34,720 nucleotides of DNA, from the sequence record DRR378314_1954. The stretch is one strand, 5' to 3'. Within the stretch, counting starts at the first letter, position 1; each line of letters starts with the position of its first letter. The notes below the pieces were generated by a model, which was not told the origin of the DNA, searched no databases, and saw only the letters and a program-made list of their open reading frames with translations. Positions 1-9,248 of this stretch are shown here, one piece after another. The translations under genes were made by a program, and so were the position numbers.

Positions 1-105
1 GGCATACATCGGCGCGCCACCCACCATCGGGTTGTCAGTTTCCGCCGAAACAGTACCGGCAGTACAGATGGCGAGTGCGGCGATCAGAGACATGTAGGTT
101 TTCAT
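1..105 (-). CDS. Fasciclin (FAS1) domain secreted protein, 5' part; runs off the window edge
   Basis: Own translation of the minus strand from ATG 105: MKTYMSLIAALAICTAGTVSAETDNPMVGGAPMYA. This is a signal peptide followed by NPMVGGAPMY, the typical N-terminus of bacterial fasciclin proteins. AGGAGG RBS upstream. Confidence 0.8.
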   Translation of the reverse strand, partial: MKTYMSLIAALAICTAGTVSAETDNPMVGGAPMYA

Positions 106-152
106 TCGAAGTCCTCCTGTTGTCACACCCGGTGTGGGCGTGATCTGTAGAA

Positions 153-181
153 GACACGACCCCCCGGCGAAGAAAGTTTCA
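153..181 (-). promoter_or_regulatory. Putative ECF sigma-factor promoter of the fasciclin gene
   Basis: Minus strand reads TGAAAC-17 nt-CGTG, matching the ECF AAC/CGT consensus, about 50 nt upstream of the ATG. Confidence 0.5.
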
Positions 182-244
182 GGCGACAGAAAATAAATTT
201 GCCCCGCGCTGCTGTGTGCAGGTTGGTGGACAGCGGCAATCGAG

Positions 245-259
245 TGGCATATATTGCCA
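245..259. promoter_or_regulatory. Putative parDE autorepression operator
   Basis: Inverted repeat TGGCA-TATAT-TGCCA about 20 nt upstream of the antitoxin start. Confidence 0.55.
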
Positions 260-280
260 ATAGTCAAGCCGGAGGCCCCC

Positions 281-541
281 ATGGCAACGCGCAACGTCGT
301 TCTCACAGACCCGCAATCGCAATTCATAGATGAGCTCATCGCCTCGGGCCGGTATCAGAACGCCTCCGAAGCTCTGCGCGCCGGACTGCGTCTGCTCGAA
401 CGTGAAGAAGACGAAATGCGCGATCTCAAATCGCGGGTGGCCCATGGCGTCGAACAGGCCCGAAGCGGACATCTCGCCGAAGGGTCAGGCGCTGATGTGA
501 TCCGTCGCGCCTTCGCCGGGCCGCGTGATACCGCGTCGTGA
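281..541 (+). CDS. parD: Type II antitoxin, ParD/CC2985 ribbon-helix-helix family
   Basis: MATRNVVLT...IDELIASGRYQNASEALRAGLRLLE signature. GGAGG RBS before ATG 281. Overlaps the toxin start (GTGA). Confidence 0.92.
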   Translation: MATRNVVLTDPQSQFIDELIASGRYQNASEALRAGLRLLEREEDEMRDLKSRVAHGVEQARSGHLAEGSGADVIRRAFAGPRDTAS

Positions 542-876
542 CGTCCAAACCCTGGGTCCTGACCCGCCAGGCCGAAGACAGCTTGCAGGACATTGCGGAT
601 TGGACCTTTGCCACATTTGGTCCGCGACAGGCACAGGCCTACGGCGAAGAGCTGATTGACCGATGCGATGGCCTTGCCAACGGACATGTCCCGTCTCGCT
701 CCTGTCGGGTGCTGATCGATCCAGATCTGCCGGAAGATCTTCGCCACGTCCGTGCGGGGCAGCATTACATTGTCTTCATCGACGGACCGGATCGCCTGAC
801 CGTCATCGACTTCGTGCATGTGCGTTGCGATCTCCCACGTCGTTTGGCCGGTCTCGGAGCGGCTAACGAGGGATGA
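538..876 (+). CDS. parE: Type II toxin, ParE/RelE family
   Basis: LTRQAEDSLQDIADWTFATFGPRQAQAY...GQHYIVF...VIDFVH. Translationally coupled to the antitoxin. Confidence 0.9.
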   Translation: MTSKPWVLTRQAEDSLQDIADWTFATFGPRQAQAYGEELIDRCDGLANGHVPSRSCRVLIDPDLPEDLRHVRAGQHYIVFIDGPDRLTVIDFVHVRCDLPRRLAGLGAANEG

Positions 877-878
877 TG

Positions 879-1910
879 TCAGGCCGCCAGCGCCTGCACC
901 GTCACTGCGCCGATGTAGAGCGCGAGCAGGGCGACGCTCTCCCGGCCGATCTTACCCGGTCCTTCGCGTTCGCGATAGAGCAGGCCGAGAAGCAGCACGC
1001 CGGTCATCAGCATCGCCACCGAGAGCCAGAACAGATCGTCTTGCCCTACCGCGTGGAACACTGATCCGTCGCGATAACCGAAATCGGTGATGGTGAGGAA
1101 CAGCACGTCGAAGGTATTGCCGCCGATAATGCCGCCCACCGCCAGTTGCAGCGCGCCGCGGCGGATGGCGGCCAGGGTAGTCACCAGCTCCGGCAGCGAG
1201 GTGACTACGGCGGTCATCAAGGCCCCCACCAGCGAGGCCGAGAGCCCCACCCGGTCGGTCACGGCCACGCCAACCTGCGAAATCGCGTAGCCTGCCAGCC
1301 CCAGCGCCACCACCAGCCCGGCAAAGCGCAGCAGCAGAGTGGAGAGCGACAGATCATCGGCACTGTCGTCCTCGGCTTCGTCGGTGCGGGTCTCGTCGGT
1401 GTCCACCGGTTCCCACATTGGTTTTTCGCGCAGGCGCTGGGTCGCGATCACCCCCACGGCATAGATCGCGACCAATATGATCGAAGCCGGGTGCACCGCA
1501 AACAGGGTGAAATCAGGCGCGGCATAGGCCGCGAAGGGCACCGCGAGCATCAACAGAAGGATGCCGCATTGGAACACATTGGCCAGCTCTGCTGCGGCAT
1601 GTTCCAGATTGGCGCGGCGGTACAGCAAATCCGCCAGCGCCAGAAAGGCAGTCTGCACCGCGATCCCGCCGATGCCGTTGGAAAAGGCCAGCGAGGCCCG
1701 CCCTTCGAGGGCCGCCGTGAGCGAGACGATGGCACCGGAGAACGAGGTGGCGGCGCCGAGAAGAACGCCACCGACCAGCGCCTCGCCGAAACCGGTACGG
1801 TCAGCGATACGATCAGCCAGATCGGTCATGCGCAGACCGGCGACAAGGATCACGCCGGCGGTGCCCCCGCCGATCACCGCCAGCAGAAGGTAGGACATCT
1901 CAGCAAACAT
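879..1910 (-). CDS. Sodium:calcium antiporter (CaCA/YrbG family)
   Basis: About 10 hydrophobic segments with two alpha repeats (GAATSFS...SNGIGG and AVVTSLPELV...GGIIGGNTFD). Confidence 0.88.
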   Translation of the reverse strand: MFAEMSYLLLAVIGGGTAGVILVAGLRMTDLADRIADRTGFGEALVGGVLLGAATSFSGAIVSLTAALEGRASLAFSNGIGGIAVQTAFLALADLLYRRANLEHAAAELANVFQCGILLLMLAVPFAAYAAPDFTLFAVHPASIILVAIYAVGVIATQRLREKPMWEPVDTDETRTDEAEDDSADDLSLSTLLLRFAGLVVALGLAGYAISQVGVAVTDRVGLSASLVGALMTAVVTSLPELVTTLAAIRRGALQLAVGGIIGGNTFDVLFLTITDFGYRDGSVFHAVGQDDLFWLSVAMLMTGVLLLGLLYREREGPGKIGRESVALLALYIGAVTVQALAA

Positions 1911-1977
1911 CAGCGTCTCGGATCAACAGAGGAGCAGCAGTCATAGAGGGGCCTTTCGAGATCTGGCTTTGGCGCGA

Positions 1978-2781
1978 TCAAGCGGATTGCCAGCCGCTGT
2001 CGGAGCGGTGAAATCGGACCTCGCGCGCCGGATCGTAACCACTTCGGTCGGCACGGCAGGCATAGCGCTGCACGCGCACCGTTGCTCCATCCAGAGTGAG
2101 CAGGTTGAAGTCATTCTCCTCTCCGCGCAGCCGGTCGGACAGGCCGGTGCCCGCATGGACCTGCAGTACCGCCGGAGCGTCGGGGCGCGGGGTGGCAAAG
2201 ACATCCGCGTGCCAGCTGTGCAGATGGCCGGAAAGGATGATGTCGGTGCGCAGCCGCGCCAGCGCCGCCCGCGCCCGGCGTGCGCCTCGGGTGAGCCGCT
2301 TGGGCTCGCCCGGCTGATGCTCCAGCGGGTGATGGGCGACCACTATCCGAAAGGCGTCACGGGCGACGCCGGCAAAGCCCTCCTCGACGCGGCGGATATC
2401 ACGCGGGCTGAAGCGTCCACGCTGCCAGCCGAGCGGGTTCACCGAATTGATGCCAACCACGGACCAGCCCGGATCATGAGTCTGCGGCTCCAGATCGGCG
2501 GCAATCCATTTGCGGTAGCGACGCCAGGGCATCAGCACCCGTTCAGCCAAATTGTCGAGCGGCGTGTCGTGGTTGCCGGGCACGATCAGGCAGGGGGCAT
2601 CGATGCGGTCAATCATCTCGCGGGCGCGCATGAACTGCCAATCGCGGGCGCGTTGGGTGAGATCGCCAGAAATCGCCACCAGATCCGGCGCCAACCCGTT
2701 GATCTGCGCGATCAGCGGGTCCAGTAGCTCGGGTCGGTCGCGACCAAAATGCAAATCAGAGAGATGCAAAAGCCGTTTCAT
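1978..2781 (-). CDS. Metallophosphoesterase (calcineurin-like, CpdA-related)
   Basis: Motifs SDLHFG, SGDLT, PGNHD, AHHP and SGHLH. Confidence 0.9.
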   Translation of the reverse strand: MKRLLHLSDLHFGRDRPELLDPLIAQINGLAPDLVAISGDLTQRARDWQFMRAREMIDRIDAPCLIVPGNHDTPLDNLAERVLMPWRRYRKWIAADLEPQTHDPGWSVVGINSVNPLGWQRGRFSPRDIRRVEEGFAGVARDAFRIVVAHHPLEHQPGEPKRLTRGARRARAALARLRTDIILSGHLHSWHADVFATPRPDAPAVLQVHAGTGLSDRLRGEENDFNLLTLDGATVRVQRYACRADRSGYDPAREVRFHRSDSGWQSA

Positions 2782-3728
2782 CGGGTTGCGTCTCCGAAAT
2801 CCCGTGGCACCACCACCTGCAGCGCATCGTCGCTCAGGTGCAGGTGAAAGGGACCTCTCATGCGGGCGCGTTCGCCATCGCGAGCCACCAGCAGCTTCTT
2901 GCGCCGCCCGTGCAATTCAAAGCTGTCGCTGCACATCAGTTGAAAGTCGCGCCCCCGTATCGCCCGACCAAACAGCACAGCAAGGGCACTGCGCATCATG
3001 CCCCAGCGGCCGCAGTCCGGTGCGATCATCAGCGCCAGCTGTCCCTCGCGGATGCAATCCGCGCCATCCATGCCCATCTGGCGCAGTTGAAAGGCGTTGT
3101 TGAACACAAAGACCAACGGCGTGCGCACGGTGCTGCGCTGTCCCTCGGCCAGAATATCCAGCTCCAGCGGGCGGGGCCATTGGAACAACACCTTCAGTGC
3201 CGACCAATAGGCGGCCGCGCGGCTGCGGCCCCAGAAATCATAGATCTCCTCGCGCGAGCGCAGGATCTGCGGGTAGAGCCCGAAGTTGGCATTGTTGAGG
3301 AACACCCGGTCGTTCAACATCGCGACCCGCAACGGGCGGGCATGTCCCTCGGCGATCACCTCCACGGCGCCACCAAGATCCTCCGGGATGCCCAGCGAGC
3401 GGGCGAAATAGTTGAAGGTGCCGCGCGGCAGAATGCCCATTGCACAGCCGGTGCCCTTGAGCGCCTGCGCCACGCCGCAGATGGTGCCATCACCGCCAGC
3501 CGCGATGATCGTGCCATAGCCGTCGGCCACCACTTGCTGCACGGTATCGGACAGATCTTTTCTTGGGTCCAGTTCCACAATGTGCGGGCACAATCCATAA
3601 GTTTGAAAAGCGGCAGAGAGGTGCCGCGACGTGGCCCCGGCTTCCTTCTTTCCTGAACGTGGGTTGTGCAGGATGCACAAAGACGTCTGGCGCTCCGCGG
3701 AATTGGCAGAGGATTTGGCGTCAAACAT
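2778..3728 (-). CDS. Diacylglycerol/lipid kinase family protein (YegS-like)
   Basis: Motifs NPRSG, AAGGDGT, ILPRGTFNYFARSLG and RDGE. 4-nt overlap with the phosphoesterase. Confidence 0.9.
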   Translation of the reverse strand: MFDAKSSANSAERQTSLCILHNPRSGKKEAGATSRHLSAAFQTYGLCPHIVELDPRKDLSDTVQQVVADGYGTIIAAGGDGTICGVAQALKGTGCAMGILPRGTFNYFARSLGIPEDLGGAVEVIAEGHARPLRVAMLNDRVFLNNANFGLYPQILRSREEIYDFWGRSRAAAYWSALKVLFQWPRPLELDILAEGQRSTVRTPLVFVFNNAFQLRQMGMDGADCIREGQLALMIAPDCGRWGMMRSALAVLFGRAIRGRDFQLMCSDSFELHGRRKKLLVARDGERARMRGPFHLHLSDDALQVVVPRDFGDATR

Positions 3729-4126
3729 AAGCCGGTCCTTTTTTGGAGCACCCTGACATGGTGGCCTTTGTCATCAGGTGACAGGCAGAGATTGGCTGGT
3801 GAAATCTTATCGAGTTGATTGAGACTGTCGGAAACACCGAATGCAGATCGTGCCACCGCCCTCGCTTCGGCTCGCGGGAAGGCGCGCCTCCCCCATTCTG
3901 TAATTCATTGGCAAATTCACTAATGTGTCACCCCCGCCATTCCGTACCCATAATCTGTGTTCGGCATGTCTAGAACGACTGAGGTCGCCAAAGGTTCCCG
4001 CATTCCGTCAAAACAGATCTGCCCCATAGCATCCCGGCGTGGTGGCAATAGCGAAAACACAGATTGGACATCTATCGCGCGGGACTCTCGAGGTGAAGTT
4101 GACGCCAAGAACCGGAGACTTCATTC

Positions 4127-5086
4127 ATGTCCGCAAACGTATTCACCGGCACCATGCCGGCCTTGATGACGCCCTGTAATTCCGACCGAACACCGAACTT
4201 CGACGCCCTGGTACAGAAGGGTCAGGAAATGATCTCTGGCGGAATGTCTGCCGTCGTGTACTGCGGCTCCATGGGGGACTGGCCGCTGCTTACGGACGCG
4301 CAGCGAATGGAGGGGGTCGCCCGACTGACCGCGGCAGGGCTGCCGGTTGTGGTTGGCACCGGAGCAATCAACACAAAATCAGCTGTGAGCCATGCCGCCC
4401 ACGTACAAGAGGTCGGTGCGGCTGGCCTGATGGTGATCCCACGCGTGCTCTCCCGCGGAACCTCGGTCACTGCGCAACAGGATCACTTCAAGGCAATCCT
4501 CAACGCGGCACCAGATATCCCGGCGGTGATTTACAATAGCCCTCATTATGGCTTTGCCACCCGCGCCGACCTGTTCTTCGCCCTGCGCGCCGAACACAAG
4601 AACCTGATTGGCTTCAAGGAGTTCCGCGGCAAGGATGATCTGCGCTACGCTGCTGAACATATCACCGGCAAGGACGATCAGGTCACGCTAATGGTCGGCG
4701 TCGACACCGAGGTCTACCACGGCTTTGTGAACTGCGGCGCCACCGGATCGATCACCGGGATTGGCTGCTCGCTGCCTAAAGAAGCCCTCCTACTCGCCCG
4801 CCTGTCACAGCGGGTCGCCACCGGCGACGCAGAGGCGCGCCTGCTCGCGCAGGAATTGTCCGAAGCAATCCATGTACTATCCACCTTTGATGAAGGGCCG
4901 GATCTGATCCTCTACTACAAGCATCTTCTGGTGCTGAATGGCGAGGAGGCGTATCGCCTGCACTTCAACGAAACCGATGAGTTGTCGGACGCGCAGCGCA
5001 CCTACTGCGAACAGCAATATAACCTCTTCCGCACCTGACTCGCCGATTGGTCGGCACAAGGCGGGATCATCGCCGAATGCATGTAG
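4127..5086 (+). pseudogene. DapA-family delta1-pyrroline-4-hydroxy-2-carboxylate deaminase (HypD/LhpC-like) with a probable premature TGA at 5036-5038
   Basis: MPALMTP, CGSMGDWPLLT, YNSPHYG and GFKEF motifs. The frame continues past the TGA as LADWSAQGGIIAECM* (TAG 5086) and overlaps the next gene's ATG, suggesting TGG>TGA. The 303-aa product may still be made. Confidence 0.7.
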
Positions 5087-6011
5087 TCGACAGTCATACC
5101 GGTGGTGAACCAACCCGGGTGATCCTCGATGACGGGCCGGATCTCGGAACCGGCCCACTCGCCGAGCGGGCCCGGCGGCTGGCACGCCATCATATGGCAT
5201 TCTGTCATGCGGTGATGCGTGAGCCACGCGGCAACCAGCCATGGTTGGCGCCCTGCTGGTTACGCCGACCGATCCCAGCTGTGTCACTGGCGTGATCTTT
5301 TTTGATGCAGATGCGGTGCTGGGCATGTGTGGTCACGGCACCATCAGATTGGCCGTGACACTGGCTCATCTGGCGCGTATCGACACCGGCTTTCATCGCG
5401 TTGAAACGCCGGCGGGCGTCGTCACCATATGCCTGGAGGATGCACACAGCGTTACCGTCACAAATGTCGAAAGCCATCGCATCACCCGCCGTGCGCATAT
5501 TCCCCTTGGGGATGGCAACAGTGTCACGGGTGATGTGGCCTACGGTGGCAACTGGTTCGTCATCATCGGACCAAGCCCCTTGCCACTCGAGCCGCAGAAT
5601 ATCGGCGCCCTGACTATCCTCGCCATTGCCATCCGATCTGCGGCCAATGCGCAGGGTCTCGGTGGGGCGCTGGGAAAACCAATTGACCATGTGATCTTTC
5701 ACGCCCCTTCACCAACCGAGGGGGTAACGTCCCGCAACTTCGTCTTATGTCCCGATGGCTCATACGACCGCTCACCCTGCGGAACCGGGAGTTCAGCCCG
5801 ACTGGCCTGCCTCGCGGCCGACAACCGTCTCCGCCCCGGCGACGAGATCGTACAGGAGTGCATCATCGGGTCCCCATACCGGCTTTCGTATCAACCCGGC
5901 CCTACGGGCGGGGTCATTCCCTCGCTCACCGGTCAGGCCTTTGTGATGAACGAAGGGCGCCTGTTCTTTTCCGCGGGCAATCCGTTTCGCGACGGCATCC
6001 CATCGTATTGA
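5077..6011 (+). pseudogene. 4-hydroxyproline 2-epimerase / proline racemase family, frameshifted near 5238-5240
   Basis: N-terminus MHVVDSHTGGEPTRV...EPRG lies in one frame (from 5077). MVGALL...MCGHGT...DRSPCGTG lies in another (5241-6011). One base is missing at the junction. Confidence 0.88.
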
Positions 6012-6074
6012 AATGGAAAAACAAAGGTCTGGGGCCAACCGGATCATTCCACAACAGACAAGAGGTCTAACAAA

Positions 6075-6131
6075 ATGAACCGCATCACGACACTCACGGC
6101 GGGCCTTACCCGAAGCGCGCTTGCAGGGTGA
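6075..6131 (+). pseudogene. Orphaned 5' end of a deleted gene, resembling the start of a signal peptide
   Basis: AAGAGG RBS then ATG 6075 MNRITTLTAGL, which runs out of frame into the aldehyde dehydrogenase remnant. Confidence 0.4.
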
Positions 6132-7356
6132 ACGCGGCCGCACAATCGGTCAGCTACGCCTGTTTGCCGACCATATCCTGCAGGGTGCCTACCTCGATCA
6201 GCGACATGATCCGGCGCTGCCTGATCGCGCGCCGTTGCCACGTCCGGATTTACGCATGATGCAACGCCCGATCGGGCCGGTTGCGGTCTTTGGCGCTTCG
6301 AATTTCCCGTTGGCATTCTCCACAGCCGGTGGCGACACTGCCGCAGCCCTCGCCGCAGGCTGCCCAGTTGTTGTCAAAGGACATAGCGCCCATCCCGGCA
6401 CCGGCGAAATTATCGCCGAAGCCATTCACGCAGCCATTCGGAGTTGTGGCGTGCCCGCCGGTGTTTTCAGTCTGATCCAAGGTGGCAATCGTCAGGTCGG
6501 CGCGGCGCTGGTCCAACATCCGCTCATCAAGGCCGTTGGTTTTACCGGGTCACTCAGCGGCGGACGCGCCCTGTTCGACCTCTGCGCCCAACGTCCGGAA
6601 CCCATCCCCTTCTTTGGTGAGTTGGGATCGGTCAATCCGATGTTCGTGTTCAACACCGCGCTTGCTGCGCGCGGCACTGAGATCGCGACGGGCTGGGCGG
6701 CGTCTCTGACCATGGGCGCAGGTCAGTTTTGCACCAACCCTGGCATTGCAATCCTGCGCGCCGGACCGGAGGCTGACCGTTTTGTCGACACCGCAGCCGC
6801 CGTACTCACCTCAAGCCCGTCTCAGACGATGCTCACGGACGGTATCGCAAACGCCTATCAAGATGGGCAACGCAGGGTCGCCTCGGCTCCCGGCGTGCGC
6901 GAAGTGGTGGCCAGCAGCTGCGAACCCCGTATGGCGGCGCCGTTCCTCTATATGACGGACGCACGCAGCTGGCTCGACAATCCCAACCTCGCCGAAGAGG
7001 TTTTCGGCCCGCTCGGGCTGGTGATGACGGTGGCCAATCAGGACGAAATGCACTCTATTGCTGAGGCATTGCAAGGGCAACTCACCTGCACCATTCATGT
7101 GGATGATGCAGACACCGGAGATGCCGCCCCGCTCCTGCCGATCCTTGAGCGCAAGGCCGGTCGCGTGCTGGCAAACGGCTTTCCCACCGGCGTTGAGGTG
7201 GCTGATACCATGGTGCATGGTGGCCCCTACCCCGCCTCCACGAACTTTGGCGCAACGTCCGTCGGGACCCTCGCAATCCGTCGCTTCCTGCGCCCGGTTT
7301 GTTATCAGAACATCCCCGATGCACTGCTACCCGCAGATCTTCGAACTATCGCCTGA
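6103..7356 (+). pseudogene. Alpha-ketoglutaric semialdehyde dehydrogenase (NADP+ ALDH), N-terminally truncated
   Basis: Begins abruptly at (A)LPEARLQGERGRT, about residue 90 of the intact paralog at 25594-27108. FGASNFPLAFS, GELGS, GQFCTNPG and EEVFGP are intact. Confidence 0.85.
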
Positions 7357-7449
7357 GATCATCGCCCAGCCAATTCCTGCTGGATTGACCCGCCCCTGTT
7401 CGGTGCCTCCCTGCCGGACAGGGGCCCCCCGTGGCAGAGCAGCAGTCTT

Positions 7450-7640
7450 CACGCACAGCGGGTATCGACTTTCCCAAAGTTCGGGCGTATCTGCGACCTA
7501 CCTCGAAGCACCATCCCATTGATCGCTTCGCGACTCCGGCGGAGTTCGAACAGACCGAGAAGATGGCCAATAGCACGCAGCTTCATGGCACGATTGGAAT
7601 GCCATGGACCCGTTTCTCGCTCCACGCTAACGAGGATTTT
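7450..7640 (+). pseudogene. lipA: Degenerate C-terminal fragment of lipoyl synthase
   Basis: AGIDFPKVRAYLRPTSKHHPIDRFATPAEF...PWTRFSLHANEDF parallels the LipA C-terminus (DFLTIGQYLQPT.KHH.V.RFV.P.EF...PLTRSSYHA). The radical-SAM core is absent. Confidence 0.7.
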
Positions 7641-7714
7641 ACCGCCTCATTCGGATGCTCAATCCGGTTTTCTTTTGAGGCACTTGAACCAGAAAACTCT
7701 TTGGGAGGAGTTAC

Positions 7715-9091
7715 ATGGAATCTCTGACTTCAATCGTGAACACAGTGAACGGGATCGTCTGGGGCCCGTTAATGCTTGTGCTCATCCTCGGTGTCGGCCT
7801 GTTCTTGCAAGTCGGGCTGAAGCTTATGCCGATACTGCGCATCGGGACCGGATTTGCACTGCTGTTCAAAGGGCGCGCACCTGAGGGCGGCGAAGGCCAG
7901 ATCACCCCTTTCAACGCCCTTATGACCGCCCTCTCGGCCACCATCGGCACCGGCAACATCGCAGGCGTCGCCACGGCTGTTTTTCTTGGCGGACCCGGCG
8001 CATTGTTCTGGATGTGGATGACCGCACTGGTGGGAATGGCCACCAAGTATTCCGAAGCCGTCTGCGCGGTACAATTCCGTGAGCAGGATGCACAGGGAAA
8101 TTTTGTCGGCGGTCCGATGTACTACATCAAGAACGGACTCGGCGCAAAATGGCAATGGCTGGGCATCGCCTTTGCCTTATTTGGCTCGATTGCCGCCTTT
8201 GGGATCGGGAACGGGGTTCAGGCCAATGGTGTGGCACAGGTTCTGGAAACCAACTTCGGCTTCAACACCTCGATCACTGGCGTCGTGCTGATGGCCCTGA
8301 CCGGGGCGGTTGTCCTCGGCGGAATTAGCAGGATTGGTGCGGTTGCTGGCAAGCTAGTACCCTTCATGGCACTTAGCTACGTCGCCGCAGGCATTGTGGT
8401 TCTGATGGTCAACGCTGATCAACTTGGCACCGCGTTTGGCCTGGTCTTCAGCCACGCCTTCACTCCCTCCGCTGCAGAAGGCGGGTTTGCGGGCGCCGCT
8501 GTCTGGGCGGCGATCCGTTTCGGCGTTGCCCGCGGAGTCTTCTCGAATGAGGCCGGTCTCGGCTCCGCACCTATCGCTCATGCCGCTGCAGAAACCAAAG
8601 GCCCGGTCAATCAGGGCCTGATTGCGATGCTCGGTACGTTCATTGATACCATCATCGTCTGCACCATTACAGGCATGGCAATCATCGCCTCCGGTGCCTG
8701 GACCTCTGGCGAAAGCGGTGCGGCGCTGACATCGCTCGCGTTTGAAATTTCGCTGCCTGGTTTTGGCGGCTATCTGATTGCCATTGCACTGTCGATCTTT
8801 GCTTTCACCACCATTTTGGGCTGGTCCTACTACGGTGAAAAATGCGTGGGCTATCTGCTTGGTACCAAGGTTCTGATCGGCTATCGCGTGTTGTGGATCG
8901 TGGCGATTTACTTCGGGGCAACGGCGGATCTCGGCTTCATCTGGCTGTTGGCCGACACTCTGAATGCAATGATGGCAATCCCGAACCTTATCGCGCTTGT
9001 ATTGCTAAGCCCGATCGTTTTTGCCGTCACGCGCGAGTTCTTTGCAAGCGGCGGACAAAGCGAAGAACGCTCTGCCTCTGTGACTGAATAA
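7715..9091 (+). CDS. Alanine/glycine:cation (Na+) symporter, AGCS family
   Basis: ATIGTGNIAGVA, GGPGALFWMW, GGPMYYI and RGVFSNEAGLGSAPIAHA motifs. GGAGG RBS. Confidence 0.95.
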   Translation: MESLTSIVNTVNGIVWGPLMLVLILGVGLFLQVGLKLMPILRIGTGFALLFKGRAPEGGEGQITPFNALMTALSATIGTGNIAGVATAVFLGGPGALFWMWMTALVGMATKYSEAVCAVQFREQDAQGNFVGGPMYYIKNGLGAKWQWLGIAFALFGSIAAFGIGNGVQANGVAQVLETNFGFNTSITGVVLMALTGAVVLGGISRIGAVAGKLVPFMALSYVAAGIVVLMVNADQLGTAFGLVFSHAFTPSAAEGGFAGAAVWAAIRFGVARGVFSNEAGLGSAPIAHAAAETKGPVNQGLIAMLGTFIDTIIVCTITGMAIIASGAWTSGESGAALTSLAFEISLPGFGGYLIAIALSIFAFTTILGWSYYGEKCVGYLLGTKVLIGYRVLWIVAIYFGATADLGFIWLLADTLNAMMAIPNLIALVLLSPIVFAVTREFFASGGQSEERSASVTE

Positions 9092-9102
9092 TCGGTGCAC
9101 AA

Positions 9103-9135
9103 AGGAGGGTCGCGGCACCAACCGCGGCCCTCTTC
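9103..9135 (+). terminator. Stem-loop, probable intrinsic terminator
   Basis: GAGGGTCGCGG...CCGCGGCCCTC hairpin just after the symporter stop codon. Confidence 0.6.
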
Positions 9136-9197
9136 ATATATGTAAACAGTCGCCCTGATGATGAAGACACCACTGGACAGATGCCTCGTGCTTGCCT

Positions 9198-9224
9198 AAA
9201 ATAAATAATAAAATTATTTATTTT
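9198..9224. promoter_or_regulatory. Perfect AT-only inverted repeat, probable repressor operator
   Basis: AAAATAAATAAT-AAA-ATTATTTATTTT (12-bp arms), 25 nt upstream of ATG 9249. Confidence 0.6.
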
Positions 9225-9248
9225 CAATCACTTACATGGAGTCGCACC

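Noticed and set aside
1146-3656. Long plus-strand ORFs 1146-1946, 1969-2727 and 2838-3656
   Set aside because: Antisense shadows of well-supported minus-strand genes, as expected in GC-rich DNA, with no motifs.
3841-3856. Sigma-54-like TGGCACG...TGCA upstream of the DAG kinase (minus strand)
   Set aside because: GG-to-GC spacing is 8 nt, not the required 10.
5036-5038. TGA as recoded Trp/Sec or programmed readthrough
   Set aside because: TGA is an ordinary stop in many genes of this window, no SECIS-like element was recognised, and neighbouring genes are also broken.
5230-5245. Programmed ribosomal frameshift in the epimerase
   Set aside because: No slippery run at the junction; a simple 1-nt deletion explains it.
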